Program-made: the position numbers and the translations under genes
Shown: positions 50,740-60,748 of the stretch, one piece after another
How the letters are laid out: the number at the start of each line of letters is the position of its first letter
How positions within the stretch are numbered: the first letter of the stretch is position 1
Notes under the pieces: generated by a model
The model's database searches: none
Seen by the model: the letters and a program-made list of their open reading frames with translations, nothing else
Told to the model about the DNA's origin: nothing
Assembly: GCA_963555825.3 (NCBI GenBank)
Contig: CAUVXB020000001.1
Location: forward strand, 1,312,001 to 1,376,000
DNA length: 64,000 bases
Reading direction: 5' to 3'
Origin: Alphaproteobacteria bacterium
Lineage (GTDB): Bacteria > Pseudomonadota > Alphaproteobacteria > JAAXGF01

Positions 50740-53058
50740 CTACGCGGTGCCGGCGGGCGACGCGCCGCGGATCGCGCGCCATACTTTCTCGGACGTCAGC
50801 GGCATGTCGACGTGGCGCACGCCGTATTCGCTGAGCGCGTCGACCACGGCGTTGACCACCGCGGCCAGCGCGCCGGTCGTGCCCGCCTCGCCGACGCCCT
50901 TGACGCCCAGTGGATTGGTCGCGCACGGCTGCTCGTTGAAGACGACGGCGATGTTCGGCAGGTCGTCGGCGCGCGGCAGACAATAGTCCATCAGCGAGCC
51001 GGTCAAGAGCTGACCCGAGTGCGCGTCGTAACGCGCTTCCTCGCACAGCGCCTGGCCGACGCCCTGGGCGATGCCGCCGTGCACCTGGCCCTCGGCGATC
51101 ATCGGGTTGAGCACGCGGCCGATGTCATCGACGCTGGTGTAGCCGACGATCGCGACGGCGCCGGTCTCGACGTCGACCTCGACCTCGCAGACGTGGCAAC
51201 CATTGGCGTGGGTGTGCGCCTCGGCGGTATAGAGCACGCCGTCGGCGAGCGGCGCACCATTTTTGGCGGCGGCACGCGCGACCTCGATCATGGTGACGCC
51301 GCGGTCGGTGCCGGCGACCGTGAACACGCCGTCGGCGAAGGCGATGTCGGCGGTCGCCGCCTCGATCAACTCGGCCGCGAGACCCTTCGCCGTCTCGATG
51401 ATCTTGTCGGCCGCCTGAACCAGCGCGACGCCGCCGACGCTGAGCGCGCTCGATCCGCCCGTGCCCTGGCCGTAGCGGACCCGGCGCGTGTCGCCCTGGA
51501 CGACGCGAATGCTCTCGAACGGCACGCCGAGGCGCCCGGCGGCCATTTGCGCGAATGCGGTCTCGTGGCCCTGGCCGTTCGACTGCGAGCCGATCGTGAC
51601 GCACAATCCGCCGTCTTCGTCGAAGGCGAGTTCGGCCAGTTCGTCGTCGACGCCGCCGTTGATCTTGACGTAGGACGACAGGCCGACGCCATAGCGCTTG
51701 CCGGCATCGCGCGCCGCCGCCTTGCGCGCCGCGACGTCGCCCTGCCGCGCCAGCGCCAGCGCGTCGTCGAGGTTGCGCGCGAAATCGCCCGAATCGTAGG
51801 TCTCGCCGGTGCCGGTATTGAACGGCATGGCGGCCGCCGGCACCAGGTTGCGCCGCCTGAGCTCGACCGCCGACATGCCAAGCTCGGCCGCCGCGGCATC
51901 GATCAGCCGCTCGACGACGTAAATGCCCTCAGGACGCCCCGCGCCGCGGTAGGCGTCGATCATCATGGTATTGGTGAAGATCACCTTGACCGCCACGTGA
52001 TAGGCCGCGATGTCGTAGGCGCCGGTGACCGCCGCGGCAAAGCCGCCGGTCGCCGAGCCGCGGCCGTAGGGCGTCACATAGGCGCCGTTGTTGGCCAGCG
52101 TCTCGCAGCGGATGGCGAGGATGCGGCCGTCGCCGTCGAGCGCCAACTCGGCGCGGGTCACCTTGTCGCGTGCCTGCAAGTCGCTCAGCATCGCCTCGCC
52201 GCGCTCGGCCACCCATTTGATCGGCCGCCCCGTTCGCCGCGCCGCCCACAACAGGAGCGCCTGCTCGGGGATCGCCGTCGCGCGCATGCCGAAGCCGCCG
52301 CCGACGTCGGGCGTGACCACCGTCATCGCGCTCTCGGGCAGCCCGAAGACAGGCCCCGCGAGGTCGCGGCGCAGGAAGTGGACGCCCTGGCTTGGCGCGT
52401 GGAGCGTGTAGTGCTCGGCCGCCGGGTCCCAGGCGGCGAGCGCGGCGACCGGCTCCATCGGCATGATGATGACTCGGTTGTCGACCAGATCGAGGCGCGT
52501 GACATGCGCGGCGGCAGCGAAGGCGCGTTCGGTCGCGGCCGCATCGCCCGCCGCCCAGTCGATCGAGACGTTGCCCGGCGCGTCGTCCCAGACCAGCGGC
52601 GCGCCGGCCGCCGTCGCGGCGGCGATGTCGCCGACCGCGTCGAGCGGCGCGTAGTCGACCTCGATCAGCTCCGCCGCGTCGCGCGCTTGCGCTTCGGTCT
52701 CGGCGACGACGATCGCCACTGGCTCGCCAAGATAGCGCGCGCGGCGATGCGCGATCATCGGCCGGGGCGGCGAGACCGGATCGCTGCCGTCACGGTTCAC
52801 GAGCCGGTCGCTGCGGGGAATGTCGCCCAACCCATCGGCCACGGCGTCGTCGCCGGTGAACACGGCGATGACGCCCGGCGCGGACCGCGCGGCGTCCACG
52901 TCGATCGCCGCGATTTCGGCGTGGGCGTGCGGCGAGCGAAGGAAACAGGCGCAGACCTGGCCGGCGAGTTCGATATCGGCGGTATAGCGGCCGGCGCCGG
53001 TCAAGAACCGTGCGTCCTCGCTGCGCCTGATCGACTGTCCGAAACCCTGTTCGCCCAT
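50740..53058 (-). CDS. Xanthine dehydrogenase/CoxL-like molybdopterin-binding large subunit
   Basis: EDARFLTG, RSPHAHA, GGGFG, AYRGAGRPE, GQGHET, QVHGG, KGVGE; partner subunits not in window. Confidence 0.9.
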   Translation of the reverse strand: MGEQGFGQSIRRSEDARFLTGAGRYTADIELAGQVCACFLRSPHAHAEIAAIDVDAARSAPGVIAVFTGDDAVADGLGDIPRSDRLVNRDGSDPVSPPRPMIAHRRARYLGEPVAIVVAETEAQARDAAELIEVDYAPLDAVGDIAAATAAGAPLVWDDAPGNVSIDWAAGDAAATERAFAAAAHVTRLDLVDNRVIIMPMEPVAALAAWDPAAEHYTLHAPSQGVHFLRRDLAGPVFGLPESAMTVVTPDVGGGFGMRATAIPEQALLLWAARRTGRPIKWVAERGEAMLSDLQARDKVTRAELALDGDGRILAIRCETLANNGAYVTPYGRGSATGGFAAAVTGAYDIAAYHVAVKVIFTNTMMIDAYRGAGRPEGIYVVERLIDAAAAELGMSAVELRRRNLVPAAAMPFNTGTGETYDSGDFARNLDDALALARQGDVAARKAAARDAGKRYGVGLSSYVKINGGVDDELAELAFDEDGGLCVTIGSQSNGQGHETAFAQMAAGRLGVPFESIRVVQGDTRRVRYGQGTGGSSALSVGGVALVQAADKIIETAKGLAAELIEAATADIAFADGVFTVAGTDRGVTMIEVARAAAKNGAPLADGVLYTAEAHTHANGCHVCEVEVDVETGAVAIVGYTSVDDIGRVLNPMIAEGQVHGGIAQGVGQALCEEARYDAHSGQLLTGSLMDYCLPRADDLPNIAVVFNEQPCATNPLGVKGVGEAGTTGALAAVVNAVVDALSEYGVRHVDMPLTSEKVWRAIRGASPAGTA

Positions 53059-53175
53059 GCCGGCAATTCCATCCTTGTCGACGTCGCAAGACCTTACCCT
53101 GCGGCGCATAATCTACTAAGCTATAGGAGAGGTTTCGTCGAGTGACGCCGGGTTCGCCCGGCGTCTTTGTGAGGC
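53047..53175 (+). repeat. 129-bp imperfect direct repeat, copy 1
   Basis: Matches 56951-57079; includes the molybdoenzyme start codon and the hairpin GACGCCGGGTTCGCCCGGCGTCTTT. Confidence 0.88.
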
Positions 53176-53395
53176 TCTCCGATGACCCGCGCCTGCCGCT
53201 TCTCGCTGCTGATGATCTGTTCGGGGGTATGTCGTTTCCGTGCCATCTTGACCTCCTCTCAAACGGCCCAAGCCTAACATTCCGCCTGGGCCAGGTTTTG
53301 GGGGTCAGGTCGCCACGGCGGCGCCACTGGCCGATAACGGTCAATTTGGGCCATTCGCGATGGTCAATGTCCGGCTAACACCAGACATTCAAAGC

Positions 53396-54544
53396 CTACG
53401 TTGATGGCAATGTCGGAGCACCGGTCGGTTCAGGCACTTCGGATTCCGTGAATTTGATCGGGCACCCAATTGCCTTTGCGCTGCCGGCTTCGGCATGGGG
53501 CACTTCTATCACCATCTCACGGGCCCGTGTTTGCGGATGCTCGTGCATCTGGTTGATGGTCAGAACCAGTCCGGCTGGTATGCTGGCCTCGGCTAGGATC
53601 GCGATCCACTCGTCTCGCCCCCTCGTCATGAACTTCCGGGTGAGGAGTTCTTCCAAGAGATGGCGATGCTTCATGCGCTGTGCGCCGTCGGCAAAGCGTT
53701 CGTCCTGCTTCAGATCGGCCAGATCCAGCACGTCCAGTAGTCGGTGCCAGTTCCGTTCATTGGCTGCTCCCACGGTCATCCAACCGTCGGCAGTCGGGAA
53801 GGCCTGGTAGGGGGCATACAAAGGATGCGTCGTGCCCAGGGCCGTCGCGGTCCGTCCCGACGCGAAGGCGACAGCCGACTGCCAGTAGGTCAACATGATC
53901 CCGGCCTCGAACAGCGAGGTCTCGACCAGTTCGCCCTTGCCAGTGCGCCTTTGGCGATGCAAGGCAGCGAGGATGCCGATGGCGGCAAGCAGTCCCGCAG
54001 CAATATCGGTCACCGGCGGCCCGCATTTGCCAGGCCGCTCGCTGCCATCCTCGCCGGTAATGCTCATGATGCCGCTCATGGCCTGGGCCATCAGATCGAA
54101 ACCGCCCTGCTTAGCCATAGGACCGCTGCGCCCGAAGCCACTGATGGAACAGTATACCAGGGACGGGTAGAGCGTCTTCAGACGGCCGTAACCGAAACTG
54201 AGGCGGTCGAGCACGCCGGGCCGATAGTTCTCTAAAAACACATCCGCCTGGCTGAGCAGTTCATGGAGCTGGTCTTGCCCCTTGCGCGTCTTGAGATCCA
54301 GGCAGACGGATTTCTTGCCGCGATTGACTTGCACGAAGCTAGCGCTTTCGCGCCCCAGCCGGTCCTCCTCGGCCGTATCCCAGCGCTGCGTGTCGCCACG
54401 CGGTGGGCGCTCCACTTTAATGACCTCAGCCCCCAAGTCCGCCAGCATTAGACCGCAGGTCGGGGCCGCCAGCACGTGGGACATCTCGACGACCCGGACG
54501 CCGGCTAGTGGCGTGTCCTTTGCCTCGCGTGGACCGGCCGCCAT
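53396..54544 (-). CDS. CaiB/BaiF family III CoA-transferase
   Basis: LADLGAEVIKVE, NRGKKS, ENYRPG, SISGFG..GP, GFD. Confidence 0.92.
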   Translation of the reverse strand: MAAGPREAKDTPLAGVRVVEMSHVLAAPTCGLMLADLGAEVIKVERPPRGDTQRWDTAEEDRLGRESASFVQVNRGKKSVCLDLKTRKGQDQLHELLSQADVFLENYRPGVLDRLSFGYGRLKTLYPSLVYCSISGFGRSGPMAKQGGFDLMAQAMSGIMSITGEDGSERPGKCGPPVTDIAAGLLAAIGILAALHRQRRTGKGELVETSLFEAGIMLTYWQSAVAFASGRTATALGTTHPLYAPYQAFPTADGWMTVGAANERNWHRLLDVLDLADLKQDERFADGAQRMKHRHLLEELLTRKFMTRGRDEWIAILAEASIPAGLVLTINQMHEHPQTRAREMVIEVPHAEAGSAKAIGCPIKFTESEVPEPTGAPTLPST

Positions 54545-54546
54545 AG

Positions 54547-55338
54547 TCACGCCTCGGAGAACCGCGGTGCGCGCTTTTCGAGGAAGGCTCGGGCCCCTTC
54601 CGCGAAGTCGGCCGTCGCGTAGCAGGCATGAGCTTCCCTGAAGACCTCCGCTTCGATCGCCCCGGCCGCTGAAATCAGGCGCAGCGCCCGCTTGTGCCAG
54701 CGCGCTGCAAGCGGCGCGCCGACAGCGATCTCCTGGGCCAGCGCGACGGCGGCGCGCTCGACGTCCCGATCCCCTACCAGGCGCGACAAGAATCCCCGCT
54801 CACGGGCCTCACGGGCCTCGAGCCGACGGCCTGTAAGCAGTAAATCCGCCGTCAGGTTTCGACCGACGGTCACCACTAGGGCCTGGAGGTCCTCCAGTTC
54901 AGCGAACATTCCAAGAGACTTCACGGGCAGGCCAAACCACGACGTTGCACCGGCGATTCGCAGATCGCAGGCAGCTGCCAGCTCCAGACCACCACCGAGG
55001 CAGGCGCCATTGATCGACGCGACCACCGGGTGCGGACAAGCGAGCAAGGCGTCGACCGCCGCCCGGCCGACACGCGCTTCGGCGATCTGCCGGTCCGGAT
55101 CGCCGAGCGCCGTCTCGAACTCGCCGATACCGCTGCCGACGCAAAACGCGCGATTGCCGGCCCCCATCAACATCACGCAACGGATGCTGGTGTCGGCGCT
55201 GATGGTGTCAAGAATTTCGCGGAAGCCGCGATACATCGCATGCGTAAAGGCGTTGAGCTTCTGAGGCCGGTCGATCGTGACCTTGGCGATGCCGTCGATG
55301 CGCGCGCACAAGACCTGGCCGTACTGGCCAGCGTTCAT
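54547..55338 (-). CDS. Enoyl-CoA hydratase/isomerase family protein
   Basis: RPQKLNA, AFCVG, GGGLELAAACDLRIA, EGARAFLEKRAP. Confidence 0.9.
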   Translation of the reverse strand: MNAGQYGQVLCARIDGIAKVTIDRPQKLNAFTHAMYRGFREILDTISADTSIRCVMLMGAGNRAFCVGSGIGEFETALGDPDRQIAEARVGRAAVDALLACPHPVVASINGACLGGGLELAAACDLRIAGATSWFGLPVKSLGMFAELEDLQALVVTVGRNLTADLLLTGRRLEAREARERGFLSRLVGDRDVERAAVALAQEIAVGAPLAARWHKRALRLISAAGAIEAEVFREAHACYATADFAEGARAFLEKRAPRFSEA

Positions 55339-56036
55339 CGGCCGCCCGTTTCGGCGCAGCGCGCCGCCGAGCGGAGATCGCGGAGATCGTCGTCGAGGCT
55401 CGCCATGCACATGTCGTGGGCAATCATCGCAGCGCGCTCTGGCTCGCCGGCGCAAATGGCATCGGCGAGGGGCGCGTGCCATGCATCCAGATCGATCCGC
55501 TCCGGCGACAAGGCCTCGGCGGCGGCGTAGATCCAGCGTACCTTGTTGGCGATTTGATCGTAGGCGGCCAGCAGCAGACGGTGCCCGCAGCGCTCGACGA
55601 TCAGCCGATGGAAAGCGAGGTCGGCCTCGATCCGTCGCGCCGCCTGCTTTGACGACTGGGCCCCGCCAAGTGCCGCCTGGGCCGCGCGGACCGCATCGAT
55701 GCCTTGCTGGTCGATCCCGGCGGCGAGCAGGCGCGCGGCGCCGCTCTCCAGCGTCGCGCGCATGGAATAGACCTCCCAAATATCTTGATTTTCGATCCGG
55801 CGCACCGACCACGCGCTGTATCGCTCGCAAACCACGAGGTCTTCCCGCTCGAGCTGGCTGAGCGCCGCGCGAACGGTGCCGCGGCTGGCGCCACTCCACT
55901 CCGCTAGCTCGGCCTCGGTGAGCCGTGCACCTGCCTCGAAAGCGCCCGCTACAATGGCGTCACGCAAACCTTCCGCTACCTGATCGGCCAGGCTGCGCTT
56001 AGCAATCTGAAATTTCGGCTTCACCGTCTTTGTCAT
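55335..56036 (-). CDS. GntR/FCD transcriptional regulator
   Basis: LRDAI..G.RLTEAEL..SRGTVRAAL, DLAFH. Confidence 0.9.
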   Translation of the reverse strand: MTKTVKPKFQIAKRSLADQVAEGLRDAIVAGAFEAGARLTEAELAEWSGASRGTVRAALSQLEREDLVVCERYSAWSVRRIENQDIWEVYSMRATLESGAARLLAAGIDQQGIDAVRAAQAALGGAQSSKQAARRIEADLAFHRLIVERCGHRLLLAAYDQIANKVRWIYAAAEALSPERIDLDAWHAPLADAICAGEPERAAMIAHDMCMASLDDDLRDLRSAARCAETGGR

Positions 56037-56059
56037 GTCCGGGCGCCACTGGTTCGCAA

Positions 56060-56125
56060 TCTCCGTTGACAAAGACATTGTCTTCGATTTACATAATTGT
56101 CAATAATTAATCATCATTTAAAAGG
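56060..56125. promoter_or_regulatory. AT-rich divergent promoter with TTGACAA/TTGTCAA inverted motif (possible GntR operator)
   Basis: GTTGACAAAGACATTGTC...ATTGTCAATAAT between the GntR and SDR genes; function inferred. Confidence 0.45.
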
Positions 56126-56133
56126 AGTGACCG

Positions 56134-56892
56134 TTGGCGACGTGTCTGATCATCGGGGCGGGACTCGGGTTGGGGATGGCGCTGGCCCGACGTTTCGGGG
56201 CTGGAGGTCTCCGTCTTGGCCTTGTCTCTCGCAATACCGAAAGCCTTGACGGGTTGGTTTCGACCCTGGAAGCCGATGGGCACGAGGCTGCGGGCATGCC
56301 GGCCGACGCCGGCAATCCGGCCGCCTTGCTGGCCGCAATCGAGGGGCTCCAGGTCCGCCTCGGGCCGGCCAATGTGCTTATATACAACGCCGCGGTGCTG
56401 AGCCAGGGGAGCCCGACAACGTTGGGACCGGAGCAGTTGCTCGAAGAGTTCAAGGTCAACCTTCAGGGTGCGCTGATCGCATCCCAGGCCGTGGTGCCGC
56501 GTATGCGCCAGCAGGGAGACGGCACGATCCTGTTCACAGGCGGCGGTCTGGCGCTCGAGCCCTATCCGGCGTGTGCCTCCCTGGCACTGGGCAAAGCGGC
56601 ACTGCGCAGCTTGGCATTCTCGTTGCATAAGGAGTTGGCTGTGGGCGACATCCACGTCGCCGTCGTCGCAGTTTGCGGAATCATCGAACCCGGCGGACCC
56701 TTCGATCCCGACGCTATCGCCGAACCTTACTGGCGCCTCCATACGGCGTCGCGCGGCGTTGAGGATCGGGAGCTGGTATTCCAGCCGCCAGGAACCGACC
56801 CCTACTACAACGACCCGGATCGCCGCTACGCCCATGTGACGCTGCCGCCGACCCACGTCGTGTCGGGCTCTCAAGGTGCCAAATGCCCCTGA
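56134..56892 (+). CDS. Short-chain dehydrogenase/reductase (atypical)
   Basis: IIGAGLGLG, YNAA, LFTGG, GKAALRSL; AGGAG RBS. Confidence 0.85.
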   Translation: MATCLIIGAGLGLGMALARRFGAGGLRLGLVSRNTESLDGLVSTLEADGHEAAGMPADAGNPAALLAAIEGLQVRLGPANVLIYNAAVLSQGSPTTLGPEQLLEEFKVNLQGALIASQAVVPRMRQQGDGTILFTGGGLALEPYPACASLALGKAALRSLAFSLHKELAVGDIHVAVVAVCGIIEPGGPFDPDAIAEPYWRLHTASRGVEDRELVFQPPGTDPYYNDPDRRYAHVTLPPTHVVSGSQGAKCP

Positions 56893-56962
56893 TCGCGAAC
56901 GACGATGGGTCCGGCTGTTCTGCAACATCGAGGGCGACGGACCACCAATTCTGCTCGCCCAT
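56883..56962 (+). pseudogene. N-terminal stub of an alpha/beta hydrolase at the cassette junction
   Basis: MPLIANDDG then one frameshift to VRLFCNIEGDGPPILLAH, ending inside repeat copy 2. Confidence 0.55.
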
Positions 56963-57079
56963 GCCGGCAATTCCATCGCTGACGAAGACACGAAGCCTTA
57001 CCCTGCCCCGCCTAAACTACTAAGCTATAGTCGCGGTTTCGTCGAGTGACGCCGGGTTCGCCCGGCGTCTTTTTGAGGC
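56951..57079 (+). repeat. 129-bp imperfect direct repeat, copy 2
   Basis: Matches 53047-53175. Confidence 0.88.
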
Positions 57080-57085
57080 ATTGTG

Positions 57086-57613
57086 ATGATCCACGCCACA
57101 CAGACTTGGCCCGAGGCGGTCTACCGTGAGCTGGTACGCGCGGACGTGCGCCAAGTCGGCTACGTGCCCGATTCGGGTTTCTCGCGGCTGATCGAGCTGT
57201 GCCACGCGGGCGCGGCGATTACGGCGGTGCCGCTGACCACCGAGGAAGAAGGTATCGCCCTGCTCGCCGGCGCCTGGCTGGGCGGCCAACGCGGCGTTCT
57301 CCTGATGCAATCGAGCGGCATCGGCAACTGCATCAACATGTTGACGCTGACCCGCGCCTGCCGCTTTCCGCTGCTGATGATCGTCACCATGCGCGGCCAG
57401 CCGGGCGAGAAGAACCCGTGGCAACTGCCGATGGGCGGGATCACCGCCGACGTCCTCGGCCTCGCCGAGGTGTCGGTACGCGAGGCCAGCACGGCCGACA
57501 GTATCGCTGGGCACGTCGCCGATGCGGCGCAAACCGCGTTCGACGGGCCGGCCGCCGCCGCCGTGCTGATCGCCCAATCGGTCATCGGCGTCAAAGCCTT
57601 CGAGGACGACTAG
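57086..57613 (+). CDS. comD: Sulfopyruvate/phosphonopyruvate decarboxylase alpha subunit-like (ComD)
   Basis: YVPDSG, TEEEGI..AGAWLGG, MQSSGIGNCIN, TMRG..E.NPWQ. Confidence 0.8.
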   Translation: MIHATQTWPEAVYRELVRADVRQVGYVPDSGFSRLIELCHAGAAITAVPLTTEEEGIALLAGAWLGGQRGVLLMQSSGIGNCINMLTLTRACRFPLLMIVTMRGQPGEKNPWQLPMGGITADVLGLAEVSVREASTADSIAGHVADAAQTAFDGPAAAAVLIAQSVIGVKAFEDD

Positions 57614-57616
57614 GTC

Positions 57617-58216
57617 ATGGACGCGACGCGCAGCGAGGCCTTTGTCCTGCACCGGCGCGACGTGGTCGCGGCGCTGCTCGCCGAGCGCGGCGAGATGCTG
57701 GTCGTCGCCGGCCTCGGCGCGCCGGCGTGGGATGTCGCCGCGGCGGGCGATTCGGCGCTCGATTTTCCGCTGTGGGCGGCGATGGGCGGCGCGGCGATGG
57801 TCGGCCTCGGCCTGGCGCTCGCCCAGCCCGCACGCCGCGTCCTGGTGATCACCGGCGACGGCGAGATGCTCATGGGGCTGGGCAGCCTGGCGACGATCGC
57901 TGCCCAGGCGCCGGCCAACCTGGCGATCTGCGTGCTCGACAACGAACGCTACGGCGAGACCGGCATGCAGACGACCCATACCGCGGCCGACGCCGACTTG
58001 GCGGCGATCGCCGCCGCCTGCGGCGTGCCGCTCGCCGCGACGGTGCGCGACGACACCGGCCTCGGCGCGGCGATCGCCCAGCTTCGCGAGTCCGCCGGCC
58101 CGGTCTTCGTCACCATCAAGGTGCGCGCCGAGGACTTAGCCCTGGTGCTGCCGCCGCGCGACCCGGTGCACCTCAAGGACCGCTTCCGTGAGGCCCTGTT
58201 GGGCGATACCGCATGA
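57617..58216 (+). CDS. comE: ThDP-binding beta subunit (ComE-like)
   Basis: AMGGA, TGDGEMLMGLGSL..DNERYGETG.Q. Confidence 0.8.
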   Translation: MDATRSEAFVLHRRDVVAALLAERGEMLVVAGLGAPAWDVAAAGDSALDFPLWAAMGGAAMVGLGLALAQPARRVLVITGDGEMLMGLGSLATIAAQAPANLAICVLDNERYGETGMQTTHTAADADLAAIAAACGVPLAATVRDDTGLGAAIAQLRESAGPVFVTIKVRAEDLALVLPPRDPVHLKDRFREALLGDTA

Positions 58217-60294
58217 CCAGCGGCGCGCATTCGGTGCGCCTCGGCGTCGACATCGGCGGCACCTTCACCGACGTTGCGCTCGAGACCGCCGAGACACGCC
58301 ACACGATCAAGGTGCTGACGACACAGACCGCGCCCGAGGAAGGCGTTATCCAAGCCGTGCTCGCGGTGCTCGACGACGCCGATCTCACGCTCGGCGACAT
58401 CGACCTGATCGTCCACGGCACGACGCTTGCGACCAACGCGCTGATCGAGCGCAAGGGAGCGCGAACCGCGCTGATCACCACCGGCGGCTTCCGCGATTCG
58501 GTCGAGATGGGCACCGAGAGCCGCTTCGAGCAGTACGACGTGTTCATGGAGAAGCCGCCGCCGCTGGTGCCGCGCCGCCACCGCCATACCGTGCCCGAGC
58601 GCATCAGCGCTCAAGGCGCGGTGCTGGTGCCGCTCGACGAGGCGGCGGTCGCGGCGTTGGTCGAGCGGCTCGAGGCCGGTCGAATCGAGAGTGTCGCGAT
58701 CGGCTTCCTGCACAGCTTCGTCAACCCGGCGCACGAGGTGCGGACGCGCGACATCCTGGCCGAACGCCTGCCCGATACGACTTTCACGCTGTCGTCCGAG
58801 GTTTCGCCCGAGATGCGCGAATACGAGCGTTTCTCGACCGCCTGCGCCAATGCCTATGTCCAGCCCCTGATGGCACGCTACCTGACCCGGCTCGAGGGTG
58901 AATTGGCCGGCCGTGGCTTCGCCGGCGCGCTGTTCGCCATGCTCTCGGGCGGCGGCATCACGACGCTCGAGACGGCGATCCGATTCCCCGTGCGCCTAGT
59001 CGAATCGGGGCCGGCGGGCGGCGCCATCTTCGCCAGCCACGTGGCGGCGGCGGCCGGCCTCGACGCGGTGCTGTCGCTCGACATGGGCGGCACCACGGCG
59101 AAGATCTGCCTGATCGACGGCGGCCGGCCGCAGACCGCGCGCGCATTCGAGGTCGCGCGCGTTTACCGTTTCATGAAAGGCAGCGGCCTGCCGCTGCGCA
59201 TCCCGGTCATCGAGATGGTCGAGATCGGCGCCGGCGGCGGCTCGATCGCGACCATCGATGCGATGCGGCGCATCGCCGTCGGCCCCGAGAGCGCCGGCTC
59301 GGAACCGGGCCCCGCCTGCTATGGCCGAGGCGGCGAAATGCCGACGGTGACCGACGCCGACCTGGTCATGGGCCGCATCGACGCCGGCCACTTCTCGGGT
59401 GGGCGGCTGGCGCTGGATGCAGACGCATCCAACAAGACGCTTGCGGCGGCGATCGGCGCGCCGCTCGGGCTCACGGTCGAGATGGCCGCGTTCGGCGTCG
59501 GCGAGATGGTCGACGAGAACATGGCCAACGCGGTCCGCGTCCACGCCATCGAGAGCGGCAAGACGGTCGGCGAGCGCACGCTGGTCGCCTTCGGCGGCGC
59601 GGCGCCGCTGCACGCCGCGCGCATCGCCGAAAAGCTCGAGATCGACCGCGTCGTGATCCCCAACAACGCCGGCGTCGGCTCGGCGGTCGGCTTCCTGCGC
59701 GCGCCGGTCGCCTACGAGGTCGTGCGCGGCAACTATCAGCGCCTCGGCGCCTTCGATACCGCGGCGGTCAATGCCATGTTCGAGGCCATGCGGACCGAAG
59801 CCCACGACGTCGTCGAGCGCGGCGCCCCCGGCGTGCCGCGCGACGAGACCCGCATCGGCTTCATGCGCTATCTGGGCCAGGGCCACGAGATCGCCGTCAC
59901 GCTGCCGGTGCGGCCGCTCGGGGCGGCAGACACCGACGTCATCCGCGCGGCATTCGAGCGCACCTACGAGGTGGTCTACGGCCGCATCATCCCGGGCGTC
60001 GACATCGAGGTCTTAAGCTGGGTGATCACCGTCGGCACGCCGACCGAGACGCCCGCACTAACCGCCGCGACAGCCGCGACCGCGGCGCCCGAGGCAGCCG
60101 GCGAGCGGGCCCTGTTCGACCCGGCGTCGGGGGCGACGGTCACGGCGCCGGTCTACTGGCGCGGCGCGCTGGCGCCCGGCGCGCGCATCGCCGGCCCCGC
60201 GGTGATCGCCGAGGACGAGACCTCGACCATCGTCTCGCCGGCCTTCGACGCCGCGATCGACGGCCGCGGCTATATCGTGCTGACGCGAAAGTAG
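58213..60294 (+). CDS. Hydantoinase/oxoprolinase A subunit
   Basis: GVDIGGTFTD, HGTTLATN, SGPAGG, DMGGTT, GAGGGS, FGGAAPLH. Confidence 0.92.
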   Translation: MTSGAHSVRLGVDIGGTFTDVALETAETRHTIKVLTTQTAPEEGVIQAVLAVLDDADLTLGDIDLIVHGTTLATNALIERKGARTALITTGGFRDSVEMGTESRFEQYDVFMEKPPPLVPRRHRHTVPERISAQGAVLVPLDEAAVAALVERLEAGRIESVAIGFLHSFVNPAHEVRTRDILAERLPDTTFTLSSEVSPEMREYERFSTACANAYVQPLMARYLTRLEGELAGRGFAGALFAMLSGGGITTLETAIRFPVRLVESGPAGGAIFASHVAAAAGLDAVLSLDMGGTTAKICLIDGGRPQTARAFEVARVYRFMKGSGLPLRIPVIEMVEIGAGGGSIATIDAMRRIAVGPESAGSEPGPACYGRGGEMPTVTDADLVMGRIDAGHFSGGRLALDADASNKTLAAAIGAPLGLTVEMAAFGVGEMVDENMANAVRVHAIESGKTVGERTLVAFGGAAPLHAARIAEKLEIDRVVIPNNAGVGSAVGFLRAPVAYEVVRGNYQRLGAFDTAAVNAMFEAMRTEAHDVVERGAPGVPRDETRIGFMRYLGQGHEIAVTLPVRPLGAADTDVIRAAFERTYEVVYGRIIPGVDIEVLSWVITVGTPTETPALTAATAATAAPEAAGERALFDPASGATVTAPVYWRGALAPGARIAGPAVIAEDETSTIVSPAFDAAIDGRGYIVLTRK

Positions 60295-60298
60295 CGTG

Positions 60299-60748
60299 AT
60301 GACGATCGGACTCCGCAAGGCCGGCCCGGACGACTACGAATTTGCCCGTCGCATTCATCACCTGGGGCTCAGGGAATACGTCGAGGACATGTTCGGCGCG
60401 TGGGACGAGCCCTATCAGGACGAGAGGTTCGCGGGACAGTACAAGACCGAGGAGGCCTGGATCATCCTGCGCGACGGAACGGAGGTCGGCTGGCTCGGCA
60501 AACGAGCGTTGCCGGACGAATGTTTCCTCACCGAGCTTTACGTCGCGCCCGAGCACCAGAACCAGGGCATCGGCACCCGAGTGTTACGCGACCTCATCGC
60601 CGAGGCCGGGCGCGACGAGAAAACCGTCAGCCTCGGCGTGATGAAGAACAACCCGTCGCGCCGGCTCTACGCGCGCGAGGGCTTCGAGATAGTCGGCGAG
60701 AACGAGCACAAGTACTTCATGAAGACCAGCGCGGGAGACGGTTCATGA
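60299..60748 (+). CDS. GNAT-family N-acetyltransferase
   Basis: LYVAPEHQNQGIG, NPSRRLYAREGF. Confidence 0.88.
   Translation: MTIGLRKAGPDDYEFARRIHHLGLREYVEDMFGAWDEPYQDERFAGQYKTEEAWIILRDGTEVGWLGKRALPDECFLTELYVAPEHQNQGIGTRVLRDLIAEAGRDEKTVSLGVMKNNPSRRLYAREGFEIVGENEHKYFMKTSAGDGS

Noticed and set aside
50740-53058. True aerobic CO dehydrogenase
   Set aside because: Active-site loop is AYRGAGR rather than the form I AYXCSFR, and no coxM or coxS neighbours are present
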